Shown here: piece after piece, positions 21,593 through 31,670 of the stretch
Layout: each line of letters opens with the position of its first letter
Numbering within the stretch: position 1 is the stretch's first letter
From: Planctomycetota bacterium
Lineage (GTDB): Bacteria; Planctomycetota; B15-G4
Assembly: GCA_965248575.1 (NCBI GenBank)
Contig: CBDFJQ010000002.1
Location: forward strand, 768,001-832,000
DNA length: 64,000 nucleotides
Reading direction: 5' to 3'
Program-made: the position numbers and the translations under genes
Notes under the pieces: generated by a model
The model's input: only the letters and a program-made list of their open reading frames with translations
Databases searched by the model: none
What the model was told of the DNA's origin: nothing

Positions 21593-24249
21593 AGGCCGAG
21601 GCGATCGCGAACGACATCGAGATCCACCATGGGGTGGACGCGCGGGCGGATGCGGATGGGAGACGGCAAGGGGCCGAACCGCAGCCCGTAGGTGTCAATG
21701 ATCTTGGCCGCCTGTGGCGCACTGTCCAGACCTCGCGCTGAGGCAAGCTCCTCCAGTTCGGCAACCGTCGTAAGGTAGCGTTGCCAAGCTTCCTCGAAAC
21801 GCTCAGCAAGGGCCGGCTGCAGACGGGCCTGTTTGGGTGAGAGGCCGTCAAGATCCTTGGTCGGGAGTTCAGGCCAGGCTCGAAGCACAGCCGCATAGGC
21901 CAGCAAGACCATCCGCTCACGATCTTCGAAGAGAGCGTCAGGGGCGATGCTGGGCTCGATGGGACGCACCCAGATGGGCGTGCTCCACGCCATCTCTCCA
22001 TCTGCCTGGCGCACTCGCAGCATGTACCAGGTGCCGTCCTCGGGGCGCTCGCTCGCAGCGAATGGGATCGAGGCCGTGCTGCCCTCAGGGTCAACCCGCA
22101 GCAGCACCCGGTCGTTCTCGTAGATGGTGACTTCGTCCAGCTCCGCAGTGCCCTCCACGAGGGCGAGGCCGGTGGGGATTCCCTCGTCCGTGATCGTCGA
22201 GCCCATGGGCTCGCCGTTGAGCGTGAACCCGAGCCGGATGCGAGCGCCGGTGGTTGCGTAGGTGCGGCGCTTGCGCAGGGCCTCGAAGATCGAGGGCGCA
22301 TCCAGCGCGTCCGTCAGGACCGCCGTGAGCCCCGAGTCGCCCGGGAAGGTGTAGTGGCTGTCGCTGCTGCCCCCGACTCCAAGCACGCGGCCGCTCTTGA
22401 GCGCGCCGTTCAAGGTGGAGACATGGCCCCTGATCTCGGCGCTACGGTCCGAGGCATAGGCGTCCACATCACGCTCACCGCTCCAGATGGCGTGGACGGA
22501 GCACAGCTCCGTCATGGGCAGGATGTCCGAATCGGGTGGCGATTCGTACCAGTAGTCTGGTGTCGAGAAGTAGTGGTGGCGGATCACGAGCGCATCTTCG
22601 GTGTCGGACTTCAACCGCTCGAGCAGGCGCGTCGGCGTCGGAGTGACCAGATTCGGGATCCATGTCCGACCACCATGGGGCGCCATGTAGGCGTTTCCGT
22701 TGGGCCCCGAGAAGTAGACGTTGAAGTGGGCGGACCAGCCGATGACGAAGGTTGTTTCGTAGCCGGGGATCGTGACGAAGCGGCCGGGCAAGGCGAAGTC
22801 GGCCACCGTCTGATTGAGCGTCTCCCAGCGGCCGTCATCGTGTCCGACATATTCGCCATGATCCGACATCGCGACGAAGTCGAGCCCGGCGACATCTCGG
22901 GCGTAGCCGAGCAACTCCTCGGGCGTGCTGGAGCCGTCGGAGAGCAGCGAGTGGGTGTGGAAGTCGCCGAAGGCGAGCAGCTGCTCGCTTCCCGGCGCTC
23001 TGGTCAGGGGGGCTTGGGCACCGGCTTCGGCGACCACGGACTGCAGGCCCTGGATGTCGTTGGCGGGCGCACCCAGCAAGCGCACGGCGTGCTGCTCGTC
23101 GTCGAGGCTCCTCAGGGTGTTGCCGCTGCTACGTACGATCGCTACGGCTTCGCCGATCTCGAGCCCGAAACGCGTGCCCTCCAGCAGGTTGTCGTCAGCT
23201 CCGTCCATGAGCACGATGCCACGCGCTCCCTGGCCCTTGATCGAATTGCCTGAGAGGTGATTGCCTTGAGCCTGCTTGAGCAGGATGGCCTCGCGCCGAC
23301 AGTTCCGAAAGGTGTTCTCGGCGATGACGTTTCCCCGGGTCAGCACATCGGTGCCGCCGGTGTCCGAGTCGACGTACACCACATCGCCGTATTCGGAGTT
23401 GTCCTTGCCGAAGGGGCTGCGGGTCAGGGCGAGGCCGCGCGCCATGCCGAAGAAGAGATTGTCGCGGATCAGGTTGTCGTTCGTTTGAACGCTGAGCCCG
23501 ATGTCACTGCCCTCGAAGATGTTGCCCACGATCTCGGTCTGGCTGGACCGGCTGTAGAGCACCAGGCCAACCCAACCGGAACGCCGGACGTGGTTCTCGA
23601 CGAAACGGTTCTGGGTGCTGCCCGAGAAGCGCACGGCGTAGATGCTGCCGGAGTCGATCTGGTTGCCGCGGAACAGGTTCTGTCCGCCACCAAAGACACG
23701 GATGGCGCCCGAGAACACCATCCGGTTCTCCAGCACCTGGCAGCGCGAGGAGTCGTTGAGCGTGATAGCGTCCTTGCACTCGGTGAACAGGCTGCGAGTG
23801 ATGGCGACGTCGTTAGCCGAAGCCAACGTGAGCGCCGGACCGTCCAACGTCCGGAAATGGAGATTGTCGATCTCGACGCCGGACGCGGTGACAGTCACAG
23901 GCTGGTGCACCAACGGCCTGGCCTTGTTGCCGTAGCCCAACACAGCCACGCGCTTGTCGATGTTGAACGACTCGGCAACATCCAGAAGCAGGATGATCCG
24001 GTCTCCGTCGCTCGCAGCAGCAAGGGCCTGGGACGGGGTCTCGAATGACTGGCCGGGGACGAAGGTATCCTGCTTGCGGAGCCAGGGCTGCGGCCGGCCC
24101 ACGTAAAGGGTGTCGGCGTGCGCTGGCGTCAGTGCCGCGCTGGCCCAGACGAGCAAGGTCGTGAGCAACCATGGAGTCGCGTGGCTCCGGCGACCGTCAG
24201 TCGCTACTTCCGCGGGCCAAGCCTTGGCTATGTGTAGGAACCGGATCAT
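21589..24249 (-). CDS. Secreted right-handed beta-helix (NosD-like) plus PHP-like metallohydrolase (DUF3604/CehA-like) protein
   Basis: Signal ending AHA; repeated N-x-I-x-x-N beta-helix pattern; FGDFHTHSLLSDG, GLDFVAMSDH, GSSDSH, ALRKRRTYATTG, AWSTPIWV. Confidence 0.78.
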   Translation of the reverse strand: MIRFLHIAKAWPAEVATDGRRSHATPWLLTTLLVWASAALTPAHADTLYVGRPQPWLRKQDTFVPGQSFETPSQALAAASDGDRIILLLDVAESFNIDKRVAVLGYGNKARPLVHQPVTVTASGVEIDNLHFRTLDGPALTLASANDVAITRSLFTECKDAITLNDSSRCQVLENRMVFSGAIRVFGGGQNLFRGNQIDSGSIYAVRFSGSTQNRFVENHVRRSGWVGLVLYSRSSQTEIVGNIFEGSDIGLSVQTNDNLIRDNLFFGMARGLALTRSPFGKDNSEYGDVVYVDSDTGGTDVLTRGNVIAENTFRNCRREAILLKQAQGNHLSGNSIKGQGARGIVLMDGADDNLLEGTRFGLEIGEAVAIVRSSGNTLRSLDDEQHAVRLLGAPANDIQGLQSVVAEAGAQAPLTRAPGSEQLLAFGDFHTHSLLSDGSSTPEELLGYARDVAGLDFVAMSDHGEYVGHDDGRWETLNQTVADFALPGRFVTIPGYETTFVIGWSAHFNVYFSGPNGNAYMAPHGGRTWIPNLVTPTPTRLLERLKSDTEDALVIRHHYFSTPDYWYESPPDSDILPMTELCSVHAIWSGERDVDAYASDRSAEIRGHVSTLNGALKSGRVLGVGGSSDSHYTFPGDSGLTAVLTDALDAPSIFEALRKRRTYATTGARIRLGFTLNGEPMGSTITDEGIPTGLALVEGTAELDEVTIYENDRVLLRVDPEGSTASIPFAASERPEDGTWYMLRVRQADGEMAWSTPIWVRPIEPSIAPDALFEDRERMVLLAYAAVLRAWPELPTKDLDGLSPKQARLQPALAERFEEAWQRYLTTVAELEELASARGLDSAPQAAKIIDTYGLRFGPLPSPIRIRPRVHPMVDLDVVRDRLGL

Positions 24250-26564
24250 TTGAAGTAGGGGATCTGGGAGGCGTGTTTGAGATCCATGGCTTGGTCGAAG
24301 GGGCGGACGCTCTTGCGCCAGCGTTCCAGTTGCTTGCGGAGGGGGGCCAGCAAACTCTCGGAAGGGGCGACGACGGGTTTGCCGGTCTCACGATTGATGA
24401 GCACTTCTTCGCCCGTGGACGTTCGTTCATAGCTCCATTTGTCCGTGATCAGTGCACGACGGGCGGCGAAGTAGTAATCCCGGAACACCCGCTCGCTGAT
24501 CCGGGGTGCACCGGGGCCCAGGCCGCGGTCAATCGCCGGATCCTGGTCCGTGCGGCCGGCTATGCCCGGCACCAGGGTGGGGTGTGATTCGACCCGGCGA
24601 ATCCAGTGACCCAGCAGGTTCTTGAGCGAGGGAGGAGGGGCGGCGTCCGTGTCGGGCAGGTGCAGCTCCGTGGCGCGCATCAGGTTCACCTCGCGCTGCA
24701 CCGTTCCCGGTTGCATGATCTGCCGCATCTGCCGCTCGAGGGGCTCGCTGTGTTCCCAGCCCGGCGCGCCGGTGTTGTAGTGCAGCTCGGCGACGATGGG
24801 TGTGTGGGAGCGTGGGCCGAAGAGGTCGGAGCCAGGCAGAGCCCCTCCTGTGGCGGAGCGTGCATCGATCCCGAGCCGGCCCAGAAGTGTGGGGAGGAGG
24901 TCGATGGACTGGACGGGGTGAGTGACCCGCCGCGGTTCTTCGGCGGGGTCATAGATGAACAGGGGCAGGTCGATGAGGGGCGAGGAGAGCAACCTCCCGT
25001 GCCCGAAGTCCGTGCTTTCACCAAGGGATTCGCCATGGTCAGACGTGAAGACCACGAGGGTGTTCTCAAGCAACCCACGTTCTTCGAGGCCGGCCAGCAG
25101 GCGACCGCATTCGTCGTCGAGATAGCGCACGGTCTTGTCGTAGAGATCGGACAGGTACTGGAGGTCCTCCGGGGTGTACGGGTGCGTCCCCGTCGCAGCC
25201 AGGAGCTGCCGCCAATACACGAGATGGATACTCGGGAAGGCGGGCACGCTTGAGGCGCGAATGATGGGGTCCCACTCCCGGCCCGCCGGCTTCTCGACGG
25301 TCTGGAAGCCCGGGTTGAAGTCCGCTGGGAACTGGTAAGGACGATGGTTCGCCATGTAGCCCGCGAACAGGAAAAACGGCCTGTCGTCCTCGCGCGCCAT
25401 GTCCACGTACTGAAGCGCAGCCTCCGTCGTTTCGTGGACCCCCAAGTCGCCGGGGTTCTCGGGCAGTACGGGGGTGAAGAACGGAGCGCCTTGGGCCACG
25501 CCAGTCAACGAATCGAAGGCTTCTTCGAGGGGGAAGACGCCACGCACTGCTCGACGGGTTCTGGAGTCGCGAACCGCATCGGTGCTGGTGTCCTGCACCC
25601 AGTCGAAGGGTGTCACATAGCCCTGCTGCAAGCCGTTGATCATCGAGTTGCTGCTGACCGCCATGGTGCGGTAGCCGTGGTCCTTCAAGATGCCGGGCAG
25701 CGTCGCGAAGGAACTGTGCAGGAGCCGCGCTTCCGTGCTCGATCCGTGTTCCATGAGCCAGCGGCCAGTCCAGAGCGACGCGGTTGACGGAATGGTCCAG
25801 GACGAGTTGGCGACGGCGTCATCGAAGACGGTGGAGCGCGCTGCAAAGGCGTCGATCCGTGGAGAGGTCGGGTGTTTGTCGTAGCCGTAGAGACCCAGTC
25901 GATCCCGGCGCAGTGTGTCCGCCAGGATGAAGACGATGTTCGGTTGCCGACTCAGGCTCGCGAGCTTCTGGGACGCGGAGGCTTGAGGGAGGGAGCGCAC
26001 AGCAGCGAGCGCGACGACCCCCGTCACGGCGAGCACGAGGGCAGCCACGGGGATCCCGGGCCCCGCCGCGGTCTTCTGCAGTGGTTTCAGGCGCAACACC
26101 AGGCCGAAAAGGGGGCGCAGGATGGCGAAGAGAGCCAGCTGTGCCAGGATCGCGACCCGCAGGTTCGATCCTGAGCCCGCCTCGTGGAAGGCGAGGGTCT
26201 CAGCGGCGCCCGCCAGCGAACCCTCGCCGAGCGCGGCCAGATGTCCATGGTGCAGGGCCAGTGTGGCTGCGAGCGCCGAGGCGAAAGCGGTGGCGCCGGT
26301 CCTGTCAGCACTCATCTCTCCGGAGTCGCGATCCTGCCGCTTGCTTGGCCGCTTCCGTGCGACCAGCGCCTCCGGGAGAGCCAGGATGAGGGCTAGAGCG
26401 AGGCCGATCAGCGCGTGACTCAGGAAAGCATCCCGCAGGAGTCGAGGGCCGGTTGCGGCACCTCCGGGCTCCAAAGCCACGACAATCGCCGCGTCGAGCC
26501 AAGCCAGCAGCAGGAAGGGGGCAAGCCATCGGATGGCTGTTCGAACAAACGAAGCGATGGCCAC
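24246..26564 (-). CDS. Membrane-anchored sulfatase-fold (alkaline phosphatase superfamily) enzyme
   Basis: About five N-terminal TM helices; PNIVFILADTLRRD, SWTIPSTASLWTG, NHRPY, FTSDHGE. Confidence 0.85.
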   Translation of the reverse strand: MAIASFVRTAIRWLAPFLLLAWLDAAIVVALEPGGAATGPRLLRDAFLSHALIGLALALILALPEALVARKRPSKRQDRDSGEMSADRTGATAFASALAATLALHHGHLAALGEGSLAGAAETLAFHEAGSGSNLRVAILAQLALFAILRPLFGLVLRLKPLQKTAAGPGIPVAALVLAVTGVVALAAVRSLPQASASQKLASLSRQPNIVFILADTLRRDRLGLYGYDKHPTSPRIDAFAARSTVFDDAVANSSWTIPSTASLWTGRWLMEHGSSTEARLLHSSFATLPGILKDHGYRTMAVSSNSMINGLQQGYVTPFDWVQDTSTDAVRDSRTRRAVRGVFPLEEAFDSLTGVAQGAPFFTPVLPENPGDLGVHETTEAALQYVDMAREDDRPFFLFAGYMANHRPYQFPADFNPGFQTVEKPAGREWDPIIRASSVPAFPSIHLVYWRQLLAATGTHPYTPEDLQYLSDLYDKTVRYLDDECGRLLAGLEERGLLENTLVVFTSDHGESLGESTDFGHGRLLSSPLIDLPLFIYDPAEEPRRVTHPVQSIDLLPTLLGRLGIDARSATGGALPGSDLFGPRSHTPIVAELHYNTGAPGWEHSEPLERQMRQIMQPGTVQREVNLMRATELHLPDTDAAPPPSLKNLLGHWIRRVESHPTLVPGIAGRTDQDPAIDRGLGPGAPRISERVFRDYYFAARRALITDKWSYERTSTGEEVLINRETGKPVVAPSESLLAPLRKQLERWRKSVRPFDQAMDLKHASQIPYFK

Positions 26565-26977
26565 ACACAGGCTCGCGATTCTTGGGATCCGGGCGCTCTG
26601 GGCGGCACCTCAGCGGGCGAGTCTAGCAGCCGCCTGTGCCGCACTCCTGCACGGGCTCCCAGCATCTTTGAGCTGCCTCGTGTCTCAGGGCGGCGGCACA
26701 TGGTTCGCCCTGAAATCATCGTCGGATTCCTGTTCCGAACCCCTTTTGTGGGCGATCACTGGGGAAGAAGAGCGTTCGTCAAGCGAACTTCTCAAGAAGA
26801 GCGACTTTTCCATTCTGGATCACTGGACTACTCTTAGGGGTCCCGAACTCGCCGTGCGTTCGTGGTTCGCGCCTTTACGAAGGGGCTGTGCGAAGTCACG
26901 GCAATGCCTGCGTTTGCCTTTGAAGTTCGAACGGGCCGGCACGCGTTGGGTGGATCTGACATCTGGAGGTCTTTCTC

Positions 26978-29900
26978 GTGCACACGCTCTTGCTCGCTTG
27001 CGCTCTCACGCTTCTCCCTGCCCCGGCAACGACACCGAGCTTTCGCCTCGTGGAGTTCACCGGCGATGCTCTTCCCGACAAGCTGCTCATGCTTGAAGAC
27101 GGAAGCCTGCAACTGGAAGTGAATCATGGCGGGGGACTCTTCCTGCCGGTTGAACAGACCTTGCCGCGCATCCATGTGGCAGAGGTGCTCGCGGGAGATT
27201 TCAACGGCGATGGAATGACCGACCTCTACCTCGTCTCGCCCCGAGACAATGCCTTGTTGATTGGCGACGGCTTTGGGCTCTTCCGGGATGACACCGCCTT
27301 GCTAGGCGTTACGGAGCGTGGGTTCGGCGTCTCTGCAGAGCGGCTGGATGTCGACGGCGATGGCGCGCTTGACCTCCTCATCCACAACAAGAACAGCGAC
27401 GTGCTTTTCTGGTGGCGCCCGAGTCTCGGTCGCTTTGAGCGGGAAGGCCTGGCCGCAGGTGCAGGCGGCCCGACGCTCGGCGATGCAAGCGGCTCCGACC
27501 TCCTCGACGTCGACCTCGGCGCCGACTCCGGGACCCTCAGCGGCCTCGGTTCTGATGCGGGGTCCGGCGACAAGACGGCTGGCAAGGCCTCCGCGCAAGG
27601 CGGGGTTTTCTCAACTCTCACGCCGACCGAGTTCAACTTGTTGGTGCGTATGATCGTCGACAAGCTGAAGGCAGTCTTCATCCTCGACGAAATGAACCAG
27701 GTGGACGCCGAGGACGTTCTCGATTACTCGTTGACGGGCCCCGACGTCTCCACCTTGAGTGGCGATATTGTTCACCTTGGTGGGCGCATGGGAGTCGGTA
27801 CCGCGAGTCCTCAGTCTGAACTGGATGTGGTGGGCTCCGTGTCTGTCGGCGGAACCCCGGTGATAGACAACACAGGTCGTTGGGTGGGTGACCCCACGGA
27901 CCTTCAAGGCCCTTCCGGCCCTGCAGGGGCTGACGGTGCAGCCGGTCCGGCCGGAGCGGATGGCTCTCCTGGGCCCCAGGGCGACCCCGGTGTTGCAGGT
28001 GATGCCGGCCCCCCTGGATCCGATGGTGCTCCTGGCCCCCTGGGTCCGACCGGTCCGGCAGGCATGACCGGCTCAACTGGACCTGCGGGAGCAGATGGAG
28101 CTGCCGGTGCCACGGGTCCTACTGGACCCGCAGGGCCAACCGGACCCATCGGACCGTCGGGAGGCCCGGTGGGCCCCGCAGGACCGACCGGAGTCGCGGG
28201 CCCCACGGGGGCACCCGGCGCTGATGGACTCGATGGCTTGGACGGTGATGTCGGGCCAGCTGGTCCGACGGGCGCGGACGGCCCCATGGGATCCACTGGA
28301 CCGACTGGTGCCACGGGTGCCGTGGGAGCTACGGGTCCTGATGGAATTCAGGGCGTCGCCGGCATGGATGGAGCAGCGGGTGCCGATGGAGCTGCTGGGA
28401 TGGATGGCGCCGACGGTGCACCGGGAGTCGACGGTGCACCGGGAGTCGACGGAGCACCAGGTGTCGACGGCGTAGCAGGTCCCACGGGCGCCGATGGACC
28501 GGCCGGCCCTACGGGACCCGCAGGCCCAACAGGAAGTGCTGGCGCTGATGGCGCCCCCGGCGTTGCCGGAATGGACGGAGCAGCTGGCATGGATGGCGCT
28601 CCCGGCGCGGATGGGGCCACCGGCCCCGCAGGCGCTACGGGACCTGCTGGCCCAACGGGAGCAACTGGCACGCAAGGTGTTCCCGGCATGGATGGTGGCC
28701 CGGGTGCTGACGGGGCCGTCGGCCCTGCCGGTGCGACGGGACCCGCAGGCCCAACAGGAAGTGCTGGCGCTGATGGCGCCCCCGGCGTTGCCGGAATGGA
28801 CGGAGCAGCTGGCATGGATGGCGCTCCCGGCGCGGATGGGGCCACCGGCCCTGCCGGCGCTACGGGACCTGCTGGCCCAACGGGAGCAACTGGCACGCAA
28901 GGTGTTCCCGGCATGGATGGTGGCCCGGGTGCTGACGGGGCCGTCGGCCCTGCCGGTGCGACGGGACCCGCAGGCCCAACAGGAAATGCTGGCGCTGATG
29001 GCGCCCCCGGCGTTGCTGGGATGGACGGAGCAGCTGGCATGGATGGCGCTCCCGGCGCGGATGGGGCCACCGGCCCCGCAGGCGCTACGGGACCTGCTGG
29101 CCCAACGGGAGCAACTGGCACGCAAGGTGTTCCCGGCATGGATGGTGGCCCGGGTGCTGACGGGGCCGTCGGCCCTGCCGGTGCGACGGGACCCGCAGGC
29201 CCAACAGGAAGTGCTGGCGCTGATGGCGCCCCCGGCGTTGCCGGAATGGACGGAGCAGCTGGCATGGATGGCGCTCCCGGCGCGGATGGGGCCACCGGCC
29301 CCGCAGGCGCTACGGGACCTGCTGGCCCAACGGGAGCAACTGGCACGCAAGGTGTTCCCGGCATGGATGGTGGCCCGGGTGCTGACGGGGCCGTTGGCCC
29401 TGCCGGTGCGACGGGACCCGCAGGCCCAACAGGAAGTGCTGGCGCTGATGGCGCCCCCGGCGTTGCCGGAATGGACGGAGCAGCTGGCATGGATGGCGCT
29501 CCCGGAGCGGATGGGGCCACCGGCCCTGCAGGCGCTACGGGACCTGCTGGCCCAACGGGAGCAACTGGCACGCAAGGTGTTCCCGGCATGGATGGTGGCC
29601 CGGGTGCTGACGGGGCCGTCGGCCCTGCCGGTGCGACGGGACCCGCAGGCCCAACAGGAAGTGCTGGCGCTGATGGCGCCCCCGGCGTTGCTGGGATGGA
29701 CGGAGCAGCTGGCATGGATGGCGCTCCCGGAGCGGATGGGGCCACCGGCCCCGCAGGCGCTACGGGACCTGCTGGCCCAACGGGAGCACCTGGCACACAA
29801 GGTGTTCCCGGCATGGATGGTGGCCCGGGTGCTGACGGGGCCGTCGGCCCTGCCGGTGCGACGGGACCCGCAGGCCCAACAGGAAGTGCTGGCGCTGATG

Positions 29901-31624
29901 GCGCCCCCGGCGTTGCTGGGATGGACGGAGCAGCTGGCATGGATGGCGCTCCCGGCGCGGATGGGGCCACCGGCCCCGCAGGCGCTACGGGACCTGCTGG
30001 CCCAACGGGAGCAACTGGCACGCAAGGTGTTCCCGGCATGGATGGTGGCCCGGGTGCTGACGGGGCCGTCGGCCCTGCCGGTGCGACGGGACCCGCAGGC
30101 CCAACAGGAAGTGCTGGCGCTGATGGCGCCCCCGGCGTTGCCGGAATGGACGGAGCAGCTGGCATGGATGGCGCTCCCGGCGCGGATGGGGCCACCGGCC
30201 CCGCAGGCGCTACGGGACCTGCTGGCCCAACGGGTGCAGCTGGCCCAACCGGTACTGATGGTGCCCCCGGCGCTGTCGGCGCTGCGGGGGCTGCGGGAAT
30301 GGATGGTGCCAATGGGGCCACCGGTCCCGCCGGCGCGACGGGACCTGCTGGCCCAACGGGAGCAACTGGCACGCAAGGTGTTCCCGGCATGGATGGTGCT
30401 CCCGGAGCTGATGGGGCCACCGGCCCCGCCGGCGCCACGGGATCTGCTGGCCCAACGGGTGCAGCTGGTCCAACCGGTGCTGCTGGCGCCCCCGGCGCTG
30501 CAGGCATGGATGGAGCCATCGGGCCCACAGGTCCTACCGGATCTGCCGGTCCGACCGGTTCAGCCGGATCCATGGGCCTGCCCGGTGCTGACGGTGCACC
30601 CGGCGCTACGGGTCCCACGGGAAGCGAGGGTCCGGCGGGCATCACCGGACCTACAGGCACCGCTGGCACAGATGGCCCTCACACGGGTGGCGTCAACAAC
30701 ACCTTTACCGCACCAGCGTTTGTCGGCGGTGGGACTGACAATGAAGCCACCGGGGTGCACTCGACCGTTGCCTCGGGTATCGGCAACCGGGCCCTGGGTC
30801 CACAGGCCACCATTGGCGGTGGCCGCATGAACACAGCCAACGGAACCCAGGCCTTCATCGGCGGAGGCGACAGCAACATCGCTGGCGGCGGTGCCGTGGT
30901 GGGCGGCGGTGCGACCAACACGGCCACCGGCCTGGGTAGCGTGGTGGGTGGCGGCACGGGCAACAGCACCTTCGCTTCACGGGCGACCGTCTCTGGCGGG
31001 CAGGACAACACGGCCAACGCGCTCTACGCCACCATTCCCGGCGGCTTGGACAATAGCGCCACGGGCGAGTACAGCCTGGCTGCCGGTCGTCGGGCGAACG
31101 CCACTCATTCGGGTTCCTTCGTCTGGGGCGACAACCTGGACCTGAACAAGCCCTCCCAAGGAACCAACACCTTCAGCGTGTTCTCCGCAGGCGGCGCGAA
31201 CTTCTTCACGAACTCCGCGCAGACGACGGGCGTCACCCTGACTCCCGGTGCGGGTACGTGGTCCAACTTGAGTGACCGCAACTTGAAGCGTGGGTTTGAG
31301 CCGGTCGATGCCCAGGAGGTCTTGGACCTCGTCGTGCAAATGCCGCTCTACACCTGGAGCTATGTTTCGCAGAGTCTGGATGTGCGGCACATGGGCCCGA
31401 CGGCGCAGGACTTCCGCGAAGCCTTTGGGCTCGGGTTCAGCGAGCGCTACATCGATGTGGTGGACCCCGATGGGGTCGCGCTCACGGCGATCCAAGGACT
31501 CAACGAACGGCTGGTCGTCGTGGCCGAAACCACCACGGATCAGCAGACGGAGCTCGCCTCCCTGCGTGCCCAGGTGGCGGAACTCGAAGCCTTGGTGCAG
31601 CGTTTGCTCGAGGAGCAGGACTGA
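26978..31624 (+). CDS. Giant secreted collagen-like fibre protein: FG-GAP-like repeats, Gly-X-Y domain, beta-roll repeats, peptidase S74 chaperone
   Basis: Signal peptide; [12 protein letters not shown] and [11 protein letters not shown]; 925-aa Gly-X-Y tract at 27908-30682; GGGxxNxA repeats; SDRNLK...[10 protein letters not shown]-terminal coiled coil. Confidence 0.9.
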   Translation: MHTLLLACALTLLPAPATTPSFRLVEFTGDALPDKLLMLEDGSLQLEVNHGGGLFLPVEQTLPRIHVAEVLAGDFNGDGMTDLYLVSPRDNALLIGDGFGLFRDDTALLGVTERGFGVSAERLDVDGDGALDLLIHNKNSDVLFWWRPSLGRFEREGLAAGAGGPTLGDASGSDLLDVDLGADSGTLSGLGSDAGSGDKTAGKASAQGGVFSTLTPTEFNLLVRMIVDKLKAVFILDEMNQVDAEDVLDYSLTGPDVSTLSGDIVHLGGRMGVGTASPQSELDVVGSVSVGGTPVIDNTGRWVGDPTDLQGPSGPAGADGAAGPAGADGSPGPQGDPGVAGDAGPPGSDGAPGPLGPTGPAGMTGSTGPAGADGAAGATGPTGPAGPTGPIGPSGGPVGPAGPTGVAGPTGAPGADGLDGLDGDVGPAGPTGADGPMGSTGPTGATGAVGATGPDGIQGVAGMDGAAGADGAAGMDGADGAPGVDGAPGVDGAPGVDGVAGPTGADGPAGPTGPAGPTGSAGADGAPGVAGMDGAAGMDGAPGADGATGPAGATGPAGPTGATGTQGVPGMDGGPGADGAVGPAGATGPAGPTGSAGADGAPGVAGMDGAAGMDGAPGADGATGPAGATGPAGPTGATGTQGVPGMDGGPGADGAVGPAGATGPAGPTGNAGADGAPGVAGMDGAAGMDGAPGADGATGPAGATGPAGPTGATGTQGVPGMDGGPGADGAVGPAGATGPAGPTGSAGADGAPGVAGMDGAAGMDGAPGADGATGPAGATGPAGPTGATGTQGVPGMDGGPGADGAVGPAGATGPAGPTGSAGADGAPGVAGMDGAAGMDGAPGADGATGPAGATGPAGPTGATGTQGVPGMDGGPGADGAVGPAGATGPAGPTGSAGADGAPGVAGMDGAAGMDGAPGADGATGPAGATGPAGPTGAPGTQGVPGMDGGPGADGAVGPAGATGPAGPTGSAGADGAPGVAGMDGAAGMDGAPGADGATGPAGATGPAGPTGATGTQGVPGMDGGPGADGAVGPAGATGPAGPTGSAGADGAPGVAGMDGAAGMDGAPGADGATGPAGATGPAGPTGAAGPTGTDGAPGAVGAAGAAGMDGANGATGPAGATGPAGPTGATGTQGVPGMDGAPGADGATGPAGATGSAGPTGAAGPTGAAGAPGAAGMDGAIGPTGPTGSAGPTGSAGSMGLPGADGAPGATGPTGSEGPAGITGPTGTAGTDGPHTGGVNNTFTAPAFVGGGTDNEATGVHSTVASGIGNRALGPQATIGGGRMNTANGTQAFIGGGDSNIAGGGAVVGGGATNTATGLGSVVGGGTGNSTFASRATVSGGQDNTANALYATIPGGLDNSATGEYSLAAGRRANATHSGSFVWGDNLDLNKPSQGTNTFSVFSAGGANFFTNSAQTTGVTLTPGAGTWSNLSDRNLKRGFEPVDAQEVLDLVVQMPLYTWSYVSQSLDVRHMGPTAQDFREAFGLGFSERYIDVVDPDGVALTAIQGLNERLVVVAETTTDQQTELASLRAQVAELEALVQRLLEEQD
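28511..30234 (+). repeat. 225-bp (75-codon) tandem repeat, about 7.7 near-identical copies
   Basis: ACGGGACCCGCAGGCCCAACAGGAA recurs at 28511, 28736, 28961, 29186, 29411, 29636, 29861 and 30086. Confidence 0.97.
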
Positions 31625-31670
31625 CCGCGGAGAGAGTCGGCAGCCAATCGCCGCGTGATAGGCTCCGGCC

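Noticed and set aside
28511..30234. Tandem array as a possible CRISPR
   Set aside because: No unique spacers; the unit is 225 bp, in frame and coding; no cas genes.
28073..30830. Three 767-778 aa alternative-frame ORFs over the collagen region
   Set aside because: Shadow frames kept open by the GC-rich Gly-X-Y repeat; no domain content of their own.
26978..31624. Prophage remnant suggested by the S74 tail-fibre chaperone
   Set aside because: The protein has a signal peptide and there are no phage structural, integrase or lysis genes nearby.
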